The translations under genes were made by a program, and so were the position numbers. From a virus (taxonomy: Duplodnaviria > Caudoviricetes): a stretch of 26,405 nucleotides of DNA. The notes beneath the pieces are model-generated. The model ran no database searches and had not been told where the DNA came from. It worked only from the letters and a program-made list of their open reading frames with translations. Below are positions 8,019 through 16,025 of the stretch, piece by piece (position 1 is the stretch's first letter; the number at the start of each line of letters is the position of its first letter). The stretch lies in IMG/VR virus record IMGVR_UViG_3300020045_004608, positions 1 to 26,405 of that record; one strand, written 5' to 3'.

Positions 8019-8080
8019 ACATCCCTGCACAAGTATTGAGTCGTCTTGAGAGGACTATAAACTCACCTGGGAGAGAACAC

Positions 8081-9046
8081 ATGACTGATGCAGTAAAGGT
8101 TCCTGAGACACCAGTAGATACCAAAGTCTCTGCCGATGAATCGCTCATTGATAATCCTCGCGCAGCAATAGAGAATCAGGTTATTACTGAGAACAATACG
8201 TTTGACGAACCTGCCCCTGATGAAGCGGAAACGCCAGTGGTCGCCAAGGAAGCACCGGAGGAAACTCCACAGCTCACCGAGGTTGAACGCATCAAGCAGG
8301 CAGTTCAGAAGCGTATCGACAAGGTAGTAGCTAAACAGAAGAGTGCAGAGGAACAGTTGGTGGAAGCTCAGGCTGAGATAGCGCGCCTTCGTGCTAACCC
8401 CAACACCTCAGTCGCAGACAAGCCCAAGGATGACACCCCACCTACCATCGAGCAGGTGGAAGCCTACATCATCAAGATGGCCGAGGAAGGCAATAAGAAG
8501 GAAGAGATTGCCGCCACGCGCTACCTAATCAGGCTTGAGAAGGAAGCGGCGATTAAGGAGGTTGAGGATAGGCAGAAGGCTCAAGTTACCGAAGCCACCG
8601 CTCGTGCCCAACGCGAAGCCACCGCACTCAACGACCTCGCAAAGGACTACATCCAATACGATAGCAATGGTCAGCCAGATATGAAATCAGACCTGACCCT
8701 CGCTAATCAGAAGGGTAAGCTCTTCGAGGTAACCATGGCACTCTACAATGACCCAGAGTTGCACAAGCTCTATTACAACGACCCCGACCGAGCCATGGGC
8801 TTGCGCCGGGCCACTGCCGATGCTTACCGTGAAATTCATCAACAAGGTTTAATCAAGACTCCCAAGGTAGATGGAGTGGAAGTGCCGAAGCGTACACCGC
8901 GCGTTGCCCTCGCAGACCCCGGTGCCACCGATGTGGATGATACGCCCAACCCTTCCCCATCCAACAACCTCTCCGATGCCGACAAGGTACGAGAAGAAAT
9001 CAAATTAAGGAATAGAGCGCGGAACTCCCGCCTCCCTTCCAGATAG
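8081..9046 (+). CDS. capsid scaffolding protein
   Basis: Acidic disordered N-terminus and a coiled coil with VQKRIDKVVAKQK; directly upstream of the MCP. ATG at 8081 after GGGAGAG. Confidence 0.8.
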   Translation: MTDAVKVPETPVDTKVSADESLIDNPRAAIENQVITENNTFDEPAPDEAETPVVAKEAPEETPQLTEVERIKQAVQKRIDKVVAKQKSAEEQLVEAQAEIARLRANPNTSVADKPKDDTPPTIEQVEAYIIKMAEEGNKKEEIAATRYLIRLEKEAAIKEVEDRQKAQVTEATARAQREATALNDLAKDYIQYDSNGQPDMKSDLTLANQKGKLFEVTMALYNDPELHKLYYNDPDRAMGLRRATADAYREIHQQGLIKTPKVDGVEVPKRTPRVALADPGATDVDDTPNPSPSNNLSDADKVREEIKLRNRARNSRLPSR

Positions 9047-9064
9047 TAATTGGAGTAACTCACA

Positions 9065-10015
9065 ATGGGACAGCAAGTATTCCTGACCAACTCGCTCGGC
9101 GGGTTTCTCACGAACAACCAGCTCTCTCAGCAACTGCGCTATAAAGCCCAGACGATGCAGAAGTTTCGTCAATTCTGCGACATCGAGGGTATGGCCGGAC
9201 AGAACCGCGGCAACAAGGTGTTCTTTGATAAAATCTCGAACATCTCAACCGCCGGTGGCACGCTGACAGAGACCGATACGATTCCTAAACGTAACTATAC
9301 GATCCTGCAAGGGACTCTGACGATGACCGAGTATGGTAATTCCATACCGTTCACCAGCAAGGTAAAGACCCTGGCAGACATGTCGGTGCCGGACTCAATC
9401 CGCACCGTCCTGATGAATGACATGAAGGTAGTGTTGGACTCGGCTGCGGCCACGCAGTTCATGACCAACGACTACATTGCCACCATCACGAACACGGCCA
9501 CCACGACCTTTGGAACCACGGGTACGGCCAACGCCACCGCCGGTGCCAACATGTCGGACAAGAACGTACGCGACATCATTGATCAGATGAAGAAGGGCTT
9601 GGTTCCCAAGCGCACCAATGATGATCTGTATGTTTGCGTGGCCAGCACGAACTCGGTTAGAGGTCTCTACGACTTCTTCGAGGCTAAAGCTCAGCTCACG
9701 ACCATGGACCCGCTATACATCGGCGAAGTCGGTCGTTACTACGGCTGCCGCTTCGTTGAGGAAACGAACTTCCTCTCGAACACCGATGGGTCCAACGGCC
9801 TCTATGGCGAAGCCTGCTTCTTCGGAGCAGACGCAGTCAGAGAAGGCTTGGCGATCCCCGAGGAAATCCGCGTGGGTATCCCTGCGGACTACGGTCGTGA
9901 TCAGGGAATCGCATGGTACGCCCTCTTGGGCTTCCAGCAGGTCTGGAGCCAGAGTGGCATCCTCAACGGGCAGGCCGATGGGCAGACCCGCATCATAACC
10001 GTTAACTCACTCTAA
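9065..10015 (+). CDS. major capsid protein (HK97 fold, N4 gp56-like family)
   Basis: FRQFC...GNKVFF, TLTMTEYGNSI, GEVGRYYGCRFVEET and DYGRDQGIAWYALLGF are typical of this MCP group. SD GGAG; follows the scaffold. Confidence 0.88.
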   Translation: MGQQVFLTNSLGGFLTNNQLSQQLRYKAQTMQKFRQFCDIEGMAGQNRGNKVFFDKISNISTAGGTLTETDTIPKRNYTILQGTLTMTEYGNSIPFTSKVKTLADMSVPDSIRTVLMNDMKVVLDSAAATQFMTNDYIATITNTATTTFGTTGTANATAGANMSDKNVRDIIDQMKKGLVPKRTNDDLYVCVASTNSVRGLYDFFEAKAQLTTMDPLYIGEVGRYYGCRFVEETNFLSNTDGSNGLYGEACFFGADAVREGLAIPEEIRVGIPADYGRDQGIAWYALLGFQQVWSQSGILNGQADGQTRIITVNSL

Positions 10016-10033
10016 GAAAGGAGGACTAATCTC

Positions 10034-10456
10034 ATGCCATCATCTAAAGGCGGTAGAAGTTATTCCGACCAATCTTACGGGTCGGTTAAGACGCTTACGT
10101 TCGGTGTGGTTACTGCAGGTACTCGTGCAACGGCTATCGTGGATAGCTTCGTTCCCATGGTTCCCATCAAGGTTCTTGATTGGAACATGTCGAATACGAC
10201 CCTCGGAACTGGTGGTAGCTCTCAGTGGGTGCTTGCAGCTACGTCTGCAAACGGCACCGCTGCTCTCGGCACCATCATCTTCGTTGGTACGCACGCGGCA
10301 GGTGCAGTGGTTACAGGCTCTGCAAGTGATGTTGCTTCAGGTTCAATTCCGGCTGGTGGTGCTCTGAACCTCTACTCGGTGTTGTCCACAGCGGCAGGAC
10401 TTACAGTGGTCACAACTGTCTCATACCGTGAGACATTCGAAGTCGGCGATAACTAA
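10034..10456 (+). CDS. putative capsid decoration/cement protein
   Basis: 140 aa, rich in G/A/S/T/V, beta-strand pattern. Immediately after the MCP with a very strong SD (AAAGGAGG). Confidence 0.6.
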   Translation: MPSSKGGRSYSDQSYGSVKTLTFGVVTAGTRATAIVDSFVPMVPIKVLDWNMSNTTLGTGGSSQWVLAATSANGTAALGTIIFVGTHAAGAVVTGSASDVASGSIPAGGALNLYSVLSTAAGLTVVTTVSYRETFEVGDN

Positions 10457-10472
10457 ATAGACAAAGGCATCT

Positions 10473-10526
10473 TGGCGGTTCTGGCCTCTACAAACTAGAA
10501 CCGTCACCATAAACCAGAAAGGCTGG
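10473..10526 (+). promoter_or_regulatory. structured leader of the glycan cassette: 12-bp hairpin plus a small SD-containing hairpin
   Basis: TGGCGGTTCTGG (10473-84) pairs with CTAGAACCGTCA (10495-506) with two G-U pairs and no U-tract. CCAG-AAAGG-CTGG (10514-26) sits just before the ATG. Confidence 0.55.
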
Positions 10527-10527
10527 A

Positions 10528-11799
10528 ATGAACTTCAAGAAGGTTGTGAATTGTAGGGTGTGTGGGAGCCACGATCTCTACAAGTATCTCGACTTAGGGG
10601 AAGTCCCCTTGGCCAATGGGCTACTGGCAGCCCCCGACCAACCACACCAGCGCTACCCCCTCCAAGTCCTCTACTGCGTAGAGTGTAGTCTGTCCCAACT
10701 CTCCATCGTGGTTGACCCAAAGATTCTCTACACCAACTACCCCTATCGCTCCTCAACCTCAGAGACCTTCAAGCGCCACTGTTACTACATGGGCAAGCAA
10801 CTGAAGAACCTGTATGATGGGCAGTGGTCGGTGGACGGAATGCTTGATGAGTTCCAAATACCCCAACCGAGGCTTATAGACATCGGGGCGAATGACGGCT
10901 GCCTCATGCACCAGTTTAAACGCCATGGCTTCAAGGCCGTCTGCGGGTTTGAACCCGACCCCCGCTTCCGCTCCTTCGTAGACAGTGACATCCTTATGTT
11001 TGATGAGTTCTTCTCCATTAAGAGCATGGCACCGATCAAGCGGCTGGCAGAGACAATCTACTTGGGTGCAGACTTCATCACCGCTACCAATGTGTTTGCC
11101 CATGTGGATGACTTGGTTAGCTTCCTCCAGGGTATCCATGAGGTGTTGCACCCCAACGGCACCTTCGTGGTTGAAGTGCCTTATGCCTACCACATGCTGA
11201 TGGATAACGAGTTCGATACCATCTACCATGAACACTTGAGTTACTTCCTGATGAAGCCCCTGAAGCGCCTGTTCGAGGCCAATGGGCTCCACATCTTCAA
11301 GGTAGAGGAGTTCGACATTCATGGGGGAACCATCCGCCTCTATGCCTCAAAGGAGGAGAGGGGGGATGATGGATCAGTGGATGCTCTGCTTGATTTGGAG
11401 AAGCTAAGTGGGGTCTATGAGCTGTCTACCTACACCGAGTTTGCAGAGCGCGTGCTGATGGTAAGGGATGACCTAGTCATGCTCCTTGAGCGTCTATCTG
11501 CCGATGGTAAGAAGATCGTAGCCTTCGGAGCCTCCGCCAAAGGCTCCACCCTTCTCAACTACTGCGGCATAGACAACGAGTATGTCTCCCACATCATTGA
11601 TGATACTAAGGAGAAGCAGGGCAAGTGGATGGCGGGAACCAACATTCCCATTGAGCCATACAACTGGGAGAAGTTGCAGCACACCGACTACATACTTCTA
11701 TTGGTCTGGAACTTCGCAGATGAGATCATGACCAAGATCAATGCGGCGGGCTACAAGGGCAAGTGGATCATTCCAATACCGGAGGTAGAGGTGGTATGA
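10528..11799 (+). CDS. SAM-dependent NDP-hexose C-methyltransferase (TylC3/EryBIII/TcaB9-like architecture)
   Basis: N-terminal Zn domain (CRVCGS...DLGEVPLAN...YCVECSLSQL...YPYRSS), motif I IDIGANDG, NVFAHVDD, FDTIYHEHLSYF, HGGTIR and C-terminal FGASAKGSTLLNYCGI...LLVWNF...IPIP. Confidence 0.9.
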   Translation: MNFKKVVNCRVCGSHDLYKYLDLGEVPLANGLLAAPDQPHQRYPLQVLYCVECSLSQLSIVVDPKILYTNYPYRSSTSETFKRHCYYMGKQLKNLYDGQWSVDGMLDEFQIPQPRLIDIGANDGCLMHQFKRHGFKAVCGFEPDPRFRSFVDSDILMFDEFFSIKSMAPIKRLAETIYLGADFITATNVFAHVDDLVSFLQGIHEVLHPNGTFVVEVPYAYHMLMDNEFDTIYHEHLSYFLMKPLKRLFEANGLHIFKVEEFDIHGGTIRLYASKEERGDDGSVDALLDLEKLSGVYELSTYTEFAERVLMVRDDLVMLLERLSADGKKIVAFGASAKGSTLLNYCGIDNEYVSHIIDDTKEKQGKWMAGTNIPIEPYNWEKLQHTDYILLLVWNFADEIMTKINAAGYKGKWIIPIPEVEVV

Positions 11800-11945
11800 G
11801 GCTCATCGGTGAGGCACGCAACTTTAAGTTCTACGCAATGACAGCGAGAGGCAACCCCATAGTGACAGATGAGAATAAGCACCTGTTTGATAGAGACGAG
11901 CTTGAGCAGATGCGAGAGCTAGGGCGAGACTGGTCTAAGCAATGA
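11796..11945 (+). CDS. hypothetical 49-aa protein
   Basis: ATGA overlaps at both ends; SD GAGGTGG. Confidence 0.55.
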   Translation: MRLIGEARNFKFYAMTARGNPIVTDENKHLFDRDELEQMRELGRDWSKQ

Positions 11946-12988
11946 AGACCTGCTTCGTAAGTCGTCTAGGGGGTGCCGGTGATGTACTCCACGCTGCCCA
12001 CCTCCCCCGCCTAATCAAAGAACACTACAAGGTGGATCACCTGACTTGGGAAACCAACTACCATGGAATGCACATACTTACGGGCAACCCATTCATAGAC
12101 GACCTCCAGTTTGTGGATGTCAACAAGATGACCTACAACCGTATGAGCAAACACCTCCAGCATGCGCACGAAACCTACGACTTGGTCTTCGACTTCTCCA
12201 ATACCATCGAGCTTGAGTATTGCACCAATGAGAATGACCAACGGTACTACCGCTCATCCAAGTGGCGCAGGGATAACCTCGGTAAGAACTACTATGATGT
12301 GATGACGGATGCCGCAGGGCTACCGGAGAGCTACTATGGAACACGCGGCCAGCTCTACTACACCCAAGAGGATCATGATGCTTGTCAGGGCTGGATTGAT
12401 AGTAAGCACAAGACCTATGAACAGGTCATATTGGTCAACCTGTCTGGCTCTACCTTGCACAAGAAGTTCATCCAAGCCGAGAGCGTGTGCCGCAAGATTC
12501 TCGCCACCTACCACAAGTGCCTCATCATCCTCACAGGGGATGAGTACTGCAAAGAGCAGGTGTTTGAGCATGAGAGGGTCATAAGCTATGTGGGGAGCAA
12601 GGTCAATGGGTTCCGCTCTGTGGCACTCAAGTGTAAGTATGTGGACCTCACCATCAGCCTTGAATCTGGCCTCGCCTGCGTAGCCCACTCTTGGGATGCC
12701 CCGACACTCCAGCTGCTTACCGCCGCCTCCTTTGACAACCACATCAAGTATGCTAAGAATGCCTATTGGCTCCAGTCGCCCGTAGCCTGCTCCCCCTGTC
12801 ACCGTAACCCCCGAGAGTACTTCGGCTGCCCCATCAGGGACAAGCACCCCGAGTGCATCTGGTTTGATGAAGATAAGGTCATGGAGAAGGTGGGGGAAGC
12901 CATTGATCCAATCAAATCAAGATTGCATCTACCTGGAGTCTCACTCTCTGAGGCTGTATTAAAGGACAGAGAGGAGGCTAGGTTTTGA
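11942..12988 (+). CDS. glycosyltransferase family 9 (heptosyltransferase-like, GT-B fold)
   Basis: SRLGGAGDVLHA, GNPFID, ESGLACVAHSWDAPTLQL and C-terminal CSPCH...GCP...EC. Confidence 0.85.
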   Translation: MKTCFVSRLGGAGDVLHAAHLPRLIKEHYKVDHLTWETNYHGMHILTGNPFIDDLQFVDVNKMTYNRMSKHLQHAHETYDLVFDFSNTIELEYCTNENDQRYYRSSKWRRDNLGKNYYDVMTDAAGLPESYYGTRGQLYYTQEDHDACQGWIDSKHKTYEQVILVNLSGSTLHKKFIQAESVCRKILATYHKCLIILTGDEYCKEQVFEHERVISYVGSKVNGFRSVALKCKYVDLTISLESGLACVAHSWDAPTLQLLTAASFDNHIKYAKNAYWLQSPVACSPCHRNPREYFGCPIRDKHPECIWFDEDKVMEKVGEAIDPIKSRLHLPGVSLSEAVLKDREEARF

Positions 12989-13482
12989 GCATAGCTAAGT
13001 CTCTCCCCCCGATAGACCCCTTCTTCATGCAACCATGCCCTCTGTGCGGGCGCTCTAACCGCATGGTAGTAAAGGGAGTGTATAAGGATGGGGACAAGTA
13101 TGAGCTATACCCCGACATCGGCTACTCATTCTGCAACTGCAAGTCCATCTTCTACACCAACTATGAGAACATTAAGGTTAAGACCCACTCGGGTATTCAA
13201 CACTATGAGCATCCCCTGAGGGAACTCAAGAACATCTTCGACTCTACCCCCAGCGGCAACACCCTACTACTTAAGATGCCCGACCCGTTCTTCTGCGAGT
13301 GGGGCAACAACCCCTACACCTTTGAGCATTGGAACCCGCGCTTCAACCACGTCCTCTTTGACATGCACCAACTGTGCGAGGATGCTAAAGAGATTGGGTT
13401 TGAAGTGGTCTCCTACACTAGAGACTTTGCGCCCGACTCTAATGAACCCAAAACCATGGAGATAACTTTACGGAAACCATAG
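12985..13482 (+). CDS. Zn-ribbon protein with only the C-terminal half of a class I methyltransferase (SAM-binding motif I missing)
   Basis: CPLCG...FCNC is followed directly by HSGIQHYEHP...LLLKMPDP...HWNPRFNHVLFD...GFEVV, which parallels the C-half of 16012..16788. Confidence 0.6.
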   Translation: MSIAKSLPPIDPFFMQPCPLCGRSNRMVVKGVYKDGDKYELYPDIGYSFCNCKSIFYTNYENIKVKTHSGIQHYEHPLRELKNIFDSTPSGNTLLLKMPDPFFCEWGNNPYTFEHWNPRFNHVLFDMHQLCEDAKEIGFEVVSYTRDFAPDSNEPKTMEITLRKP

Positions 13483-14078
13483 ACAAGTTCCATATTCTCT
13501 ACAATAGCAAGTTTCCCCTAACCAACTGGTTTGGCATAGAGATACTGAAGAACCCCCTCGACATGTGGATAGCGCAGGAAATCATCTATGAGGTGAAGCC
13601 GGACTTAATCATTGAGACAGGCACGTTCAAGAGCGGGAGCGCCCTCTACTACTGCCACCTGCTTGACATCCTAAACCGTGGGAAGGTCATCACAATCGAC
13701 ATTGAGTTTAGGCCAGACAGGCCGACCCATAAAAGGCTGAGGCACCTGTTGGGTTCCAGCACTGATGAGAATGTGGTGAGGGAGGTGGAGAAGGAGTGCG
13801 CGGGTGCCAACACCGTACTTGTGTTTCTTGACTCAGATCACTCCAAGGAACATGTGCTGGATGAAATCCATTCCTACGAAAGGTTTGTAACCCCCGGCAG
13901 CTACCTTGTAGTTGAAGACACTGCCATCCATGGCAACCCTATTCACCCTGAAGGTCTGGAAGACCCCATGGCAGCTGTGGACGAGTTCATGAAAACCCCC
14001 AATGGATTCATTCAAGACAGGTCTAAGGAGAAGTTCCTCATGACATGGCACCCGAAGGGGTTCTTGAGGAAGCTATGA
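13470..14078 (+). CDS. CmcI/cephalosporin hydroxylase family methyltransferase (rhamnosyl O-methyltransferase-like); probable non-canonical start
   Basis: KPDLIIETGTFKSGSAL, VFLDSDHSKEHV, PGSYLVVEDT and TWHPKGFLRK. The family N-terminus (FHILY...WFGIEILKNPLDMW) is in frame upstream of the ATG at 13563. The only start with a well-spaced SD is ACG at 13470. Confidence 0.85.
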   Translation, partial: TETIDKFHILYNSKFPLTNWFGIEILKNPLDMWIAQEIIYEVKPDLIIETGTFKSGSALYYCHLLDILNRGKVITIDIEFRPDRPTHKRLRHLLGSSTDENVVREVEKECAGANTVLVFLDSDHSKEHVLDEIHSYERFVTPGSYLVVEDTAIHGNPIHPEGLEDPMAAVDEFMKTPNGFIQDRSKEKFLMTWHPKGFLRKL

Positions 14079-14872
14079 GTAGGATTGCTGTGGTCATCCC
14101 CATGTATGGGAAGGCAGAGTACACGCGCAAGTGCGTAGAGCTGGTCAAAGCCAACTATGGAACCGGCCAACCCATCGAGATCGTGGTAGTGGATGATGGG
14201 AGCCCAGAGCCATTCGTAGACCCCACCATCAATGTGGTGAGGCTGGATAAGAACTCAGGGTTCACTGCCGCAGCCAATGCCGGTATCCTCTGGGCGCAGG
14301 TACGCAACGCCGACTATGTAATGTTGCTCAACAATGACACTGAGCCTCACCCTGGATTTATGCAGGAGCTACTTCAAGTCATAGAGGCTGATGACTCCAT
14401 CGGCATAGCTTGCTCTGTTCGCTACCATCCTAAGAAGGCCGAGCAACCCTACGAACTCTGTGGCAGTGACCTTATCCGTGGCTACCAGTACTTCACAGAC
14501 AGGGCGGGGCTAGACAAGGCTCCCCCCGTCATCGACTGTAACTGGATACCCCTCTGCTCTGCCTTGATGCGCATGGACATGATTAGGGAAGTTGGACTAC
14601 TAGATAAGCGTTATCGCAACCATTGTAGTGATTCATCGTACTGCCTTGAGGTCAAGATTCGGGGCTGGAAGGTAGTGCTAGTGCCTAGCTCCATCGTAAC
14701 TCACCACCTGAGCGTAACGACCTCAGCCAATGGGGTGAATGTGGATACTGACCAGAGACTATTCTTGGAGAGGCTGGCTGGGTTGGAGTATCAGAAGATC
14801 ATGGCGGCCATGCCCCTCGATGGGGAAGCCAAAACCTTTGGCCGCCTCACCTTCGAGGTCTACACCAAGTGA
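14075..14872 (+). CDS. glycosyltransferase family 2 (GT-A fold, WbbL-like rhamnosyltransferase group)
   Basis: IAVVIPMYG, VVVDDGS, NSGFTAAANAG, LLNNDT, VGLLDKRY...SD and VTHH. The ATG at 14075 overlaps the upstream stop. Confidence 0.9.
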   Translation: MSRIAVVIPMYGKAEYTRKCVELVKANYGTGQPIEIVVVDDGSPEPFVDPTINVVRLDKNSGFTAAANAGILWAQVRNADYVMLLNNDTEPHPGFMQELLQVIEADDSIGIACSVRYHPKKAEQPYELCGSDLIRGYQYFTDRAGLDKAPPVIDCNWIPLCSALMRMDMIREVGLLDKRYRNHCSDSSYCLEVKIRGWKVVLVPSSIVTHHLSVTTSANGVNVDTDQRLFLERLAGLEYQKIMAAMPLDGEAKTFGRLTFEVYTK

Positions 14873-14991
14873 CAGAGATGATTCAGTGTCCTAAGTGTAA
14901 GAAGTATGGACTCAAGATCGTTGGCTACTATCGTTGCGTAGACTGCGGCGCACACTTTGAACCGGGTAAACCAGTGAGAAGGGATAAATGA
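14869..14991 (+). CDS. 40-aa Zn-ribbon micro-protein
   Basis: Translated by hand: MTEMIQCPKCKKYGLKIVGYYRCVDCGAHFEPGKPVRRDK (CxxC-x12-CxxC). GTGA and ATGA overlaps at the two ends. Confidence 0.7.
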   Translation: MTEMIQCPKCKKYGLKIVGYYRCVDCGAHFEPGKPVRRDK

Positions 14992-16025
14992 AGATACTGA
15001 TATTCCGCAGCGGAGCCTACGGTGACTGCCTCATCATCACTCCAGTCATTCGCTATCTGCACCAACAAGGCCACAAGCTAGTTGTCGTTACCTCTAAGCG
15101 CGGGATGGAAGTATTCAAGGGGAACCCGCACATTGAGAAGCTCCTTCAGCATGATGAGGGAGTGAAGGTAGAGTTACTTGCTGAACACATTGACTACCTG
15201 AAGCGCAAGAATCATTGCGATAGGGTTATAGACTTCTCAGAGTCCATAGAGGTTGCGCTGTCTCAGCACCCGAGGGGTAGTGATTACAAGCTGACCAAGC
15301 CTGAGCGCATAGCTCGGTTCAATCGCAACTTCTATGAGTATGCCTTTGAACATGCTGGAGAGAATCCTTCACTATGGGATGAAGCTGTTAAACCCATTAG
15401 TATTGGTGGCGTGAAGCAACCTAAGCTTTATCAGCCCGAACTCTTCTTCGACCCCTCCGAACTAGACGAAGCCCGCCAACACCTCAAACCAGACTGCTTC
15501 AACGTACTCATCGGCCTAGCCGGTAGCGGCACCAACAAAGCTTGGCCCTGGATCATGGACTTCTGTAACGAGACCGGCAAGCGTCACCCCAACGTCCACT
15601 TCATCACCGTGGGGGACATCAAGTGTGAGGTGTTGGAGGACATTGAGACCCCCGACCACGACAACTTCACCAAGCTCTCGGGCAAGATCAGTATGAGGCA
15701 GTCTATGGCCCTTACCTCCATGGTGGACTTGGTCATTGCCCCCGACACAGGCATCATCCATGCGGCAGGGTGCTATGACACACCCAAGATATGCATACTG
15801 GGGCACAACACCATCGAGTGCATCACCAAACATTTCACCAATGACTACAGTCTTGAGGCTGATGAGAAACTGGCACCATGCGCGCCCTGCCTATTCCTCA
15901 TCTATGACCGCAAGATGCAGTGCCCCCTGGGGGAAAAGTTCGGAGCCTCGCTCTGCATGGAAGCGGGGGTCTCACCAGAGCGCGTGTATGAACAGTTTAG
16001 AAAGGTCTATGATGCTAAACTTTAA
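14988..16025 (+). CDS. glycosyltransferase family 9 (second paralogue)
   Basis: MKILIFRSGAYGDCLIITPVIRYL, GNPHIE, KAWP, DLVIAPDTGIIHAAG and CAPCL...CP...C. Confidence 0.9.
   Translation: MKILIFRSGAYGDCLIITPVIRYLHQQGHKLVVVTSKRGMEVFKGNPHIEKLLQHDEGVKVELLAEHIDYLKRKNHCDRVIDFSESIEVALSQHPRGSDYKLTKPERIARFNRNFYEYAFEHAGENPSLWDEAVKPISIGGVKQPKLYQPELFFDPSELDEARQHLKPDCFNVLIGLAGSGTNKAWPWIMDFCNETGKRHPNVHFITVGDIKCEVLEDIETPDHDNFTKLSGKISMRQSMALTSMVDLVIAPDTGIIHAAGCYDTPKICILGHNTIECITKHFTNDYSLEADEKLAPCAPCLFLIYDRKMQCPLGEKFGASLCMEAGVSPERVYEQFRKVYDAKL

Noticed and set aside
9065-10015. Enrichment of N-x-S/T sequons in the MCP
   Set aside because: 4 of 21 Asn are in sequons, about what the high S/T content gives by chance.
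10473-10506. Rho-independent terminator after the capsid genes
   Set aside because: The hairpin has no downstream U-tract.
15736-16011. ORF-track N-terminal extension of the last methyltransferase-like gene
   Set aside because: It overlaps GT9b by about 290 nt with low-information sequence; the SD and domain start point to 16012.
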